The position numbers and the translations under genes are program-made. Below, piece by piece: positions 26,485-34,529 of a DNA stretch of 36,705 nt. Under the pieces are notes generated by a model, which was given only the letters and a program-made list of their open reading frames with translations, ran no database searches and was not told the DNA's origin. The DNA comes from Crocinitomicaceae bacterium (GTDB lineage Bacteria > Bacteroidota > Bacteroidia > Flavobacteriales_D > Crocinitomicaceae), in NCBI GenBank assembly GCA_003512365.1, contig DORI01000095.1:4127-40831 (forward strand). The letters are read 5' to 3'. Within the stretch, counting starts at the first letter, position 1; every line of letters starts with the position of its first letter.

Positions 26485-29400
26485 TTAATTTCTATTGAAA
26501 TATTCACTCGCTTTATCCTTATAATATCTATTGTAAAAAGGATCCACCGACTTAATAATTTCAACTTGTTTTAGTTTAAGCTTGTTATACTCCTCAAATC
26601 GAATTTGGTTACTAACTGGGTGATCTTTTCCGGATTTTGACTCTCTTTTTTCTTCAAATCCTCGTTCCATAATAGCTTTTTCGCTTTCTAAAAGCCTTGT
26701 TAGAATCTGTTTTTGTCTGTTAATCAATTCATTACCAAAATTTTTGTTTATTAGGTCCTTTTCTTGTTTTTCTAATTCATTTATGAGTGGATTCAATTTG
26801 TTTCCTTGTCCTTGTCCTTCTTTGTTTAGTTCGTTTCTGAGTTGCTCAAGTTTTTGTCTTATCGCTGTTTGCTCTGCTGCCATCTTTGCAATCTGTTTAT
26901 TTCCTAAGCCTAACATATTCTGACCTCCTTCTGACGGTTTGTTTCCTGGTTGATCTCCTGGTTTTGAGCCTCCTGGATTCATTCCTTTTTGCATCTGCTC
27001 AAGTTGTTGTTTTATCATTTCCTTCATGTCACCAGGAGATGATGACCCGGGTTTCGGCCTGCCTCCACCTGGATTACTACATTGACCAGACCCTTCCATC
27101 TGACTTTGCATTTGACTTTGCATACTTTGAAGGGCTTCGTTTAACAATAACGCCAAGTTATTATAAGCCGTCATAACTGCTTGTTGATTTCTGTTTATTG
27201 CTCCTTTATTATGATTATCAATATTATCTATTACTTGTGTGTGATTCAGAGAGATGGTGTTTAACTCCTTGTCAATAAATGTGGCTATAGGCGCCTGACG
27301 TTTAGCTAAAGACATTAAACTATCACGGACAATCTTTGTATCGTCAATTATTCGTCTTTGTCTACGCCCGTATTTTGTGTATGATGGGTCTTTCGTGCTT
27401 ACCCTTGTAAAATCAAACATGTTCTTTTCTTGATCAAAACTTAAGGTCATCAAACTCTCCAAAAGTGCTCTTATAGCATCCATATCCTCTGTTTGCTGCT
27501 TCTTATTCGCTTGTTGCTGCTTCTGGTCTAAACTCATTGCTAACTGCTCCATTTCATCGGCTGCAGACTTCTGTTTTTCTCCTGCTTTTTTATCTTTTCC
27601 CTCACCTAATTTATCTTTTGCTTCTTTTAAATCATTTGAAATCTTTTCTTTTATTTCATTCATGTCTCCAAGTTCCATTGGTCGGCTTAATTCTTTATTG
27701 AGTTGCTCTAATTCATTCAAATCTTCTTTAAGCTCAGAGAATTTTTTATTTATCTCGTCTTGTTTCTTCTCTGCTGATTCTTTTGTGGTGTTTTTCTTTT
27801 CAATATCTTCTTTTAATTCTTTTTGCTCTTCGGCTAAATTTTTAAGTTCTTTTTCGATATCATCAATTTTTTCATTAACCTGCATTTTTTTCAACATTTC
27901 AAGGCTTCTGTCTAATTGCTTTTTCATGTCGTCAGCTGACTGATTAATTTGCTCCATTTTTTCTTTTAGATCTTCTTTATTATTCTGCTCCAATAATTTT
28001 TCTAGGTCCTCTAAAAGTTTTTTTAACTCATCATCCATAACCTCCTCCAACAACTTCTCAAGCATTTCTTGTTTCTCTAATAACTCTTTATCTAATTCAG
28101 ATAATTGGTTCTTTTCAGAAAGGCTTTGCTCCATTTCTTTTTTTAGTTGATCAAGAGATTCTATAAGATTCTTTTGTTCTTCTTTAAGTTGATTTACCTG
28201 ATTCAATTTATTCCAATCACTTGATTTTGAATTCATTGACTCTTTCTTCAGTTTTTCGACATTCTTCTGGAAATCTTTAGTTTTTTTCAAAAGCGTTTCT
28301 AAATCTTCCTTTGACTTTTCTTGTTGTTCGCTTCTCTTTTCATTCAATTCTTCTAAACTTGGTAATTTATAAGTTGACATTGTTGATTTGGTCGTTTTTT
28401 TACCGTTTACACCATCATTATCCGAAACACTAAAATAATATTCTATTCTATCGTTAATTTTTACCTGTTCCCTTCTAAAATCTACAGCAAAATCAAAAGA
28501 AACTTTAGTCCCTGAAACTGGTTTTACTAAAAGTTTAGTTGACCTTCTGTTACCATTTTCAGAAATTACAGAATAATTAAAATATAAAGAGGTTAATCCA
28601 TAGTCGTCATCTGCTTCACCTGAGAAATAACGCACACCTTCTGAAATAGAATCAGCGATTTCCTGAATTGCTATAGTAGGAAAGACGTCTTTAGTTACAG
28701 ATATGTTGTGTGAACTACTATCTTTTTTATTCGTGAATTTATTAGTGTACAATAATCCTAATTTTGTATCTTGAGTAACTGTTGAGCTTTTAGTAAAACC
28801 GTTTTTTGATTCTATTACTGATTTATTTTGCCAATTAACCTCGCATTTATTAGTGTTTTTTAAAATTACATTCCAGGTAATTTTTGTTCCCTCCGGAACA
28901 ACCAAATCACCAACATTTTGTATTATTTCATTGCGTTTTGCTAAATAAGAAGGATACTCTAATTGTGCTTCTATCTTACCAATCAACGACTTTCCTGTTA
29001 CATTTAAAAAATAATCACTACTTGTATATTCACCCGATTTGAAATAAAACACAGATGACTTTTTAGCTTTTCTTATCCAATACCTAAATGTGTTTTTTGT
29101 AACTCGCTCCATTAAAAAGGTTCCGTTTTCACAAACAAGATAAACTTGCTCTGGTATTTTTTTCCCTTTTAAAGCAATCACTACTTCAGCATCTTGTCCC
29201 TCTTCAACAGTTAAATTAGTAGATTGTAATTCAAAAGTAAAAGGAACAAACTCTTCGTTGTAATTAACAATTCTGTTGGTGGATTCTGTTATAAAATCCG
29301 GTGTGAATATGAGTAAGGTAAAAAACAATAAAAAGACAGGAATAACGTACGGAAGAAATTTCTTGTTTTCAGAAAACTTAATTGCAGAAACAAAAGGTAT

Positions 29401-29823
29401 TTTCAAAAGGTTTTCTGTTCGTTGTTGAATACTCGCTTTTAACAATTCTATATTACCATTTTGTTGATCTATTTCGTGCTGTAATTGAAATGTATTCTTC
29501 AATCTATCATCTATTTCTGGAAAAAATTTTCCAATAACGTCAGCCGCCTGAAATCTCGTTAATCTGGGTCCAAAGGATAATAATTTCAGTAAAGGAAACA
29601 AGATAAAATATCCAAGAATTAAAGCATTAGAAACTATAAAAACATAAAATAATATTGCCCTTCCCAAACTTTTAAATTCATTAAAATACTCTAATCCAGC
29701 TGTTATTAAAAATGAGGCAACCAATAATGCAGAAAACAGTAATAAACCTTTAATGATTTGATTTTGATAATATTTCCTAATAAAGGAATCAACTTGGTCA
29801 ATAAGTTTATCAAATGAATTCAT
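26485..29823 (-). CDS. Large membrane-anchored coiled-coil protein (DUF4175-like), function unknown
   Basis: 1112 aa. It has about 3 N-terminal TM helices, a beta-rich region, a K/E-rich coiled coil of about 280 aa, a G/P/S/Q-rich linker and a C-terminal helical region. The family name is recalled from memory. Confidence 0.75.
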   Translation of the reverse strand: MNSFDKLIDQVDSFIRKYYQNQIIKGLLLFSALLVASFLITAGLEYFNEFKSLGRAILFYVFIVSNALILGYFILFPLLKLLSFGPRLTRFQAADVIGKFFPEIDDRLKNTFQLQHEIDQQNGNIELLKASIQQRTENLLKIPFVSAIKFSENKKFLPYVIPVFLLFFTLLIFTPDFITESTNRIVNYNEEFVPFTFELQSTNLTVEEGQDAEVVIALKGKKIPEQVYLVCENGTFLMERVTKNTFRYWIRKAKKSSVFYFKSGEYTSSDYFLNVTGKSLIGKIEAQLEYPSYLAKRNEIIQNVGDLVVPEGTKITWNVILKNTNKCEVNWQNKSVIESKNGFTKSSTVTQDTKLGLLYTNKFTNKKDSSSHNISVTKDVFPTIAIQEIADSISEGVRYFSGEADDDYGLTSLYFNYSVISENGNRRSTKLLVKPVSGTKVSFDFAVDFRREQVKINDRIEYYFSVSDNDGVNGKKTTKSTMSTYKLPSLEELNEKRSEQQEKSKEDLETLLKKTKDFQKNVEKLKKESMNSKSSDWNKLNQVNQLKEEQKNLIESLDQLKKEMEQSLSEKNQLSELDKELLEKQEMLEKLLEEVMDDELKKLLEDLEKLLEQNNKEDLKEKMEQINQSADDMKKQLDRSLEMLKKMQVNEKIDDIEKELKNLAEEQKELKEDIEKKNTTKESAEKKQDEINKKFSELKEDLNELEQLNKELSRPMELGDMNEIKEKISNDLKEAKDKLGEGKDKKAGEKQKSAADEMEQLAMSLDQKQQQANKKQQTEDMDAIRALLESLMTLSFDQEKNMFDFTRVSTKDPSYTKYGRRQRRIIDDTKIVRDSLMSLAKRQAPIATFIDKELNTISLNHTQVIDNIDNHNKGAINRNQQAVMTAYNNLALLLNEALQSMQSQMQSQMEGSGQCSNPGGGRPKPGSSSPGDMKEMIKQQLEQMQKGMNPGGSKPGDQPGNKPSEGGQNMLGLGNKQIAKMAAEQTAIRQKLEQLRNELNKEGQGQGNKLNPLINELEKQEKDLINKNFGNELINRQKQILTRLLESEKAIMERGFEEKRESKSGKDHPVSNQIRFEEYNKLKLKQVEIIKSVDPFYNRYYKDKASEYFNRN

Positions 29824-29960
29824 AGTGAATTGCTAATTTACGAAATAAAATTTGGCAAAAACCATGCAGTATTTAGTCTCGATGCTTTTAAACAGTTAAT
29901 AAAATTAAATTAAGATTAATTTTTATAAAGTATTTATTGTTTTTATTAAGGTTGTTAATT

Positions 29961-29969
29961 TGTGAATAA
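29961..29969. promoter_or_regulatory. DnaA-box consensus match (TGTGAATAA = TTATTCACA)
   Basis: It fits TTATNCACA exactly and lies inside the 575-bp AT-rich spacer. Confidence 0.3.
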
Positions 29970-30123
29970 CGACACTATTGGTATAAATAGATATATTTTT
30001 GAATAAAATTAGACAAGAAATAAACAATGATGTAATAAGTAATTAAAAGAAATTTAGAGAGTAATAAACAGCTTGTTCAAAACAATTATTGATTACATAA
30101 ATTAGGAATGTTAATACAGCGTT

Positions 30124-30132
30124 TGTGTATAA
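30124..30132. promoter_or_regulatory. DnaA-box consensus match (TGTGTATAA = TTATACACA)
   Basis: It fits TTATNCACA exactly and has the same orientation as the box at 29961. Confidence 0.3.
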
Positions 30133-30382
30133 CATATTGATTATTCTTGTAGAAAAATCGATAATGTTTTTTCGTTTTTTAAAACAATATTTGGATTGAA
30201 AAAAATCAATAATAAAACAAATAAAACAATTAGAAGATATTAACACGTTATACAGATTATTTAGAAAGACCACATGGATAAAATTATTTTTAAAACATTG
30301 ATAGATAAATAATTACAAAAAACCAAATTCTATATGTTTATAATTTATTATAAACCAATGAAAGCCAAAAAATCAAATAAAG

Positions 30383-30390
30383 TATTTTTG
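30383..30390 (+). promoter_or_regulatory. Candidate -7 box (TATTTTTG) for rpiB
   Basis: It matches TAnnTTTG and ends 8 nt before the ATG at 30399. I found no clear -33 TTG. Confidence 0.35.
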
Positions 30391-30398
30391 AAATAAAA

Positions 30399-30836
30399 AT
30401 GAAAAAAACTATTTCTATCGGTTGTGATCATGCTGGGTATTCTTTAAAATTAGAAATTAAGGAACGACTTGTTAATTTAGGATATGAAGTCCTCGACATG
30501 GGTTGTTATTCAGAAGAAAGCATTGATTATCCTGACTTTGCTCATCCGGTGGCGGATTATGTTGAAAATAATACAGACGCAAAAGGGATTTTAATTTGCG
30601 GTTCTGGAAACGGAATTAATATGGCAGCAAACAAGCATCAAGGCATTAGAAGCGCCCTATGTTGGCAAGTAGAGATAGCTAAATTGGCTCGCGAACACAA
30701 CAATGCTAATATTGTTGCTTTACCCGCAAGGTTTATTTCATCTGAGGAGGCGTTAAAAATAGTTGAAGCATTTTTAAACACTCCTTTTGAAGGGGGGCGT
30801 CACCAAAAGCGCGTTGATAAAATAGCATGCGTTTAA
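30399..30836 (+). CDS. rpiB: Ribose-5-phosphate isomerase B
   Basis: IGCDHAGY and CGSGNGINMAANKHQGIRSALCW motifs. 145 aa. Confidence 0.93.
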   Translation: MKKTISIGCDHAGYSLKLEIKERLVNLGYEVLDMGCYSEESIDYPDFAHPVADYVENNTDAKGILICGSGNGINMAANKHQGIRSALCWQVEIAKLAREHNNANIVALPARFISSEEALKIVEAFLNTPFEGGRHQKRVDKIACV

Positions 30837-31430
30837 TTCTAGTTGTTTTTTGGTTAGCCCCCAAATAGGTTTCTCACAGAAATACTTATTTAACTGTTAA
30901 ACAGACAATGTTTTTTATCAAAAAACAACACACAACAAATTCTTTTTTGTAAAGCAAGGCGTTCTCATGTGTGTGGAGGATAGGTCTTTGTTAGTTTCAA
31001 GGACAGCTGATCCAAAAACCTTTGCCGTCAAAGCTGCACAAGATCAAACACAGCGGTCAACGATTTATTTTTTATTATATTTAGAAAACCCAGAGACATC
31101 AGAACAAGAAAAAGTGGTGATGGATAAATTCCTTATTCATGTAAAACATGTTTATCCTGTCGACTCCTTGTGCTTGGTTGGACTAAATAAAAAAACTACC
31201 CAAAGGAAAGAGAACACAAAATTTGTGGACCATTAGAAAGAGGGTTAATTTTAATAGAGTGCGGTATGTTGTTTAAAAAATAAGCTTATTCTGTTAAAAC
31301 CGATACATTAACAAAAGAAATAAGAAAAAAGTTAGTTTCACTTCCTAGAGGAAAAGAAGTAACAATAACCTCGGTGTGCGAAGACTTGCTTAACAACACT
31401 ATTAGAACAAAACAAAAACCCACTAAGCAA

Positions 31431-32576
31431 TTATTTTATAAGTATTTCAACCCTTCTGTTGGCTTCTTTTTGATCATCATCAACAGGCTGTTTGTACACG
31501 GGTTTGTCAAACCCAAAACCAACCGCAGTAAGGCGATGTTTAGAAATGCCCTCGCTTACCAAGTACTTTAAAATTTGTTTTGCCCGACGAGTAGATAATT
31601 TTGTTGACGATCTTTTCGACCCATCCAAATTCACATGTCCTTGGATTTCAATGGTAACAGTAGGGTTTAACACCATAAAATCACGCAACCTTCGTAGTTT
31701 AGGTAATGACTCGTCTAAAATAACCTCACTCCCCGCTTGAAAATATATTTTATCCAATTTTGCTACAGTTCCACGTTTAATTTTTTTAAGATAAACCGAG
31801 TCTTTTGTGTTTGTTTTACCGTCTGTTTTAAAATAATGGTTTTCAAAGTCTTTTGATAAATACCCTTCTGCATCAACTTTAATTACTCCGTTTTTTACAC
31901 TTCGCGTTATATTCATAAAAAGATCACTTGCCAGGTATGTACCATCCAAATCTGATGAAGAAGATATTACTATTCTTGAAGAAATTGGTTTTTTTGTTTC
32001 TTGATCCAAAACATGAATGGAATAAATGGGTTTACTTTTATCGTAGACAAGATTTAAGCGAAGGGTATCTAAAACCTCATCGCCTTTCATATTAATAGCT
32101 TGAAAATCAACTTGTAAAGAGATGTTACTTTCGTCTTTATCTTTAGAAAAATAAACAATTGTATAAGAATAACCTTTTTCTACGTCTATTTGTGCGTTTT
32201 CAAGCTCACGGCAATTGGTGTTTGGTTTTATAAAAACGGGCACAGCTTTTGTTTCTTCAATTTCCTTACAAGAAGCATTAATATTCGTTCGAACCACAAC
32301 CAAATCAAAAGTATCTAAATAAATTCTACACGAAAGATATAATTTTCCAGACCGAACAGGCTCAAATAAAAACCAGACGTTATTCTTAGAAAGTGTGGGT
32401 TTTTCAACATAAGAACATATATTGGTTTTTTCTACCCCCTTTGCACCAGGAAAAGAAATGTTTAACTCTTGACCTTCAATGATTTTTATCGCTCCTTGAC
32501 AGGTGTTTCTACCTACCGGTTGTTGCGCAAAACCAGTCAATCCAGACAACAGTATTGTTACAATTATTACTTTCAA
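31431..32576 (-). CDS. OmpA-family peptidoglycan-binding protein with a novel N-terminal region
   Basis: It has a signal peptide, a Cys-containing N-terminal domain and a carboxypeptidase-regulatory-like beta region. The C-terminal OmpA_C module reads IYFQAGSEVI...TIEIQGHVN...LSTRRAKQILKYL...NRRVEILI. Confidence 0.8.
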   Translation of the reverse strand: MKVIIVTILLSGLTGFAQQPVGRNTCQGAIKIIEGQELNISFPGAKGVEKTNICSYVEKPTLSKNNVWFLFEPVRSGKLYLSCRIYLDTFDLVVVRTNINASCKEIEETKAVPVFIKPNTNCRELENAQIDVEKGYSYTIVYFSKDKDESNISLQVDFQAINMKGDEVLDTLRLNLVYDKSKPIYSIHVLDQETKKPISSRIVISSSSDLDGTYLASDLFMNITRSVKNGVIKVDAEGYLSKDFENHYFKTDGKTNTKDSVYLKKIKRGTVAKLDKIYFQAGSEVILDESLPKLRRLRDFMVLNPTVTIEIQGHVNLDGSKRSSTKLSTRRAKQILKYLVSEGISKHRLTAVGFGFDKPVYKQPVDDDQKEANRRVEILIK

Positions 32577-32592
32577 CGTTTTGTATAACGAA

Positions 32593-33975
32593 TTAGTAAA
32601 TTTTTAGTTTCATCTCAGCATTCATCAAACAGCGCACCAATATGTTTTTTTCTTGAATATAGATGTTTTTTAGGGCTAAACCCGTTAGTTTACCGGACAA
32701 ATTAATACCCGCAGAAATTTCTTGATTAAGGTTTTCTGTAATAGATTGTTCGATTTCCTTCATATAAGGCCCCAACTCAAAAGAACTGTTATTCTGAACA
32801 AAAGAAAGTATTTTATCAGAACACAACCATTTTGCGGAATTTAATAAAACACTTTTAGTAGAAAGCGCATAAGAAAGACTTTCAATTTTAAGCTTTTGAG
32901 AAACAGAATCGATTTTTGGAACCCCATTAAAGTAAAGAGTCCCTTCTTTAAAACCTGAAAACACGACCTTTAATCCCAATGTGTCTAATGAAACTTGAAA
33001 CAATGACGCGCTGTCAACAATAAATTTTTTCCGTTCAATTTCTATAGGAGAGCCCTTTAAAGAGGCTGTTAACAAGGCGCTTAAGCTGTCATAGTTAGCA
33101 ACTACGTCAACATATAAACCGAAAGAACCGGCTGGTTTCTGTTCCGTTGCAGAGGGAAGGGCAGTTTTTTTATATGTAGTTGATTTGGTGGTGAGAACCG
33201 TTGGACTCAAGGTAAGATGAATGTTTGTGCTTGCTTGTTTTTCATTAAACACGATTTTATCAAACGCAACACTTTTTGGTTGTAAGTATAAAAAACCAAA
33301 ATCATTGAGAGGTATAGGATCTTGTAGCTTATCCCATGCATTAATTAATTGTGGGCGTATTGAGAGGGATGAAATTTGTTGATTAATTTCTTTTTCTTGT
33401 TTAATTAATTCTGTTGTTATTGTGTTCTCTATCTCTTTTGTTACGTTAATTTTCATAAAACTAAACTGACAAGGGTCTAATAGCTTTACACTTTTTAATT
33501 TTGTTTCTGCCACAAGTTGATAACTTTTATTTAGTTGAATGTTGGATTGGAATTGCGTGAGCAACTGTCTTCTAGGTTCACCGTTTGATCCACAGCTTCC
33601 GTAAACCCTGGGAATCACACAGCGTTCGTCTCCAAACAAGCTATGACAACTCGGACAATAATTAACATCAAGCCCAAGCCCTCCTGCTACCGAGAACAAC
33701 ACAGCGTTTTCTTTAAACTCAAATGATATCGGTTTTCTTTCAAAAATATAGGAATACCCAAGGCCCTCACAAGGTTGATCAGACCCTTGAAACTTTAGAG
33801 GCACCTGTTTTTCAACCTCATTTAAGCCTTCTTGTAGGTTAATACCGACAGGAATAGTTATGTTTGAAACTATAATTTTCGGGGGAGGGGCAACCGCTTT
33901 TACGGCAATGGGTACTTCAGGACTTATACTTTTACAACCATATAAAAATAAAAATAGAAAATAATAGAACTTCAT
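32593..33975 (-). CDS. Lipoprotein (DUF4403-like), function unknown
   Basis: 460 aa with the lipobox LYGC. A Cys cluster reads NYCPSCHSLFGDERCVIPRVYGSCG. The family name is recalled from memory. An ATGA overlap joins it to the upstream gene. Confidence 0.7.
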   Translation of the reverse strand: MKFYYFLFLFLYGCKSISPEVPIAVKAVAPPPKIIVSNITIPVGINLQEGLNEVEKQVPLKFQGSDQPCEGLGYSYIFERKPISFEFKENAVLFSVAGGLGLDVNYCPSCHSLFGDERCVIPRVYGSCGSNGEPRRQLLTQFQSNIQLNKSYQLVAETKLKSVKLLDPCQFSFMKINVTKEIENTITTELIKQEKEINQQISSLSIRPQLINAWDKLQDPIPLNDFGFLYLQPKSVAFDKIVFNEKQASTNIHLTLSPTVLTTKSTTYKKTALPSATEQKPAGSFGLYVDVVANYDSLSALLTASLKGSPIEIERKKFIVDSASLFQVSLDTLGLKVVFSGFKEGTLYFNGVPKIDSVSQKLKIESLSYALSTKSVLLNSAKWLCSDKILSFVQNNSSFELGPYMKEIEQSITENLNQEISAGINLSGKLTGLALKNIYIQEKNILVRCLMNAEMKLKIY

Positions 33976-34478
33976 TTTTTTCTACGTTTCAACACTACCC
34001 TTTGTGAAAAGCTCGGTAAATAAGCATATACTGTTGTGCCGTCTTGACAACTTTTTGACTGATTGTTGATTTTTTTACTTCCGCCATACAAATTAAACTC
34101 CAAGAATCCTTTTCTTCTATAAGATAGAATGGAACAAAAATACATACTATCCAAAACGTAGTAATCATAAAAACAATCATTTGAGAAAAGCATAGGAATT
34201 AATATACCACCTTCATCTAACGTATATTTCCCGTTTGTTCCTTTGCGAATGGAATAGTTTTTTTCTATTTTTCCAGAAGGAGCGTTGTACTTCATATTGT
34301 AAGTCCACGAGCTATCTTTTTCTATGGGTTTAATAGAAAGCGAGACGTCGATTATTTGCTCTGAACTTCTGCTCGCTACTTTCATTTTCCCATAAAATGT
34401 TCCTAACCAATCTTCTGGAAAAGATTGTGCAAGAGAGAAAACAGGGAAACCAAAAAGAACCAAAACAAAAGTTTTCAT
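33972..34478 (-). CDS. Small secreted protein, function unknown
   Basis: 168 aa with the signal peptide MKTFVLVLFGFPVFSLAQ. The body is beta-rich and the C-terminal tail is basic. It overlaps the next gene by 4 nt. Confidence 0.65.
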   Translation of the reverse strand: MKTFVLVLFGFPVFSLAQSFPEDWLGTFYGKMKVASRSSEQIIDVSLSIKPIEKDSSWTYNMKYNAPSGKIEKNYSIRKGTNGKYTLDEGGILIPMLFSNDCFYDYYVLDSMYFCSILSYRRKGFLEFNLYGGSKKINNQSKSCQDGTTVYAYLPSFSQRVVLKRRKK

Positions 34479-34503
34479 AGAAAATCTAGTAATACTTATT
34501 TCA

Positions 34504-34528
34504 TAAAAAAAGGCCTCTAGGGCCCTTT
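34504..34528 (-). terminator. Rho-independent terminator immediately after icd
   Basis: Minus sense reads AAAGGGCC, loop CTAGA, then GGCCTTTT, followed by TTT. It begins 1 nt after the stop codon. Confidence 0.75.
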
Positions 34529-34529
34529 A

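Noticed and set aside
30211-30228. Tandem AATAAAACA x2 and other short repeats in the AT-rich spacer, considered as a CRISPR or satellite.
   Set aside because: There are only two units with no spacer structure. This is what low-complexity AT-rich DNA produces.
30043-30273. 76-aa minus-strand ORF inside the AT-rich spacer.
   Set aside because: Its F/I/N/Y/K-rich sequence is what any frame of about 20% GC DNA yields. It has no promoter box or recognisable motif, so it is most likely not a gene.
30909-30927. TGTTTTTT-atc-AAAAAACA hairpin as a possible rpiB terminator.
   Set aside because: Seven of the eight stem pairs are A-T, the loop is only 3 nt and no following T-run exists. It is too weak to call.
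30967-31236. 89-aa plus-strand ORF in the rpiB/OmpA convergent gap.
   Set aside because: It has no recognisable domain. It uses AGG and CGG, which looks atypical for a low-GC genome, and it has no promoter box. I kept it only as an alternative hypothesis within the gap finding.
32517-32523. Possible extra T across the 32520/32521 line break. I count ccggTTTgttg in the printed sequence, whereas the supplied translation (...FAQQPVG...) needs ccggTTgttg. The extra T would separate the signal peptide from the body of the OmpA-family gene.
   Set aside because: The ORF track is computed from the sequence and shows an intact 381-aa frame, so I treat this as my own counting error. Re-translating 32500-32580 would settle it.
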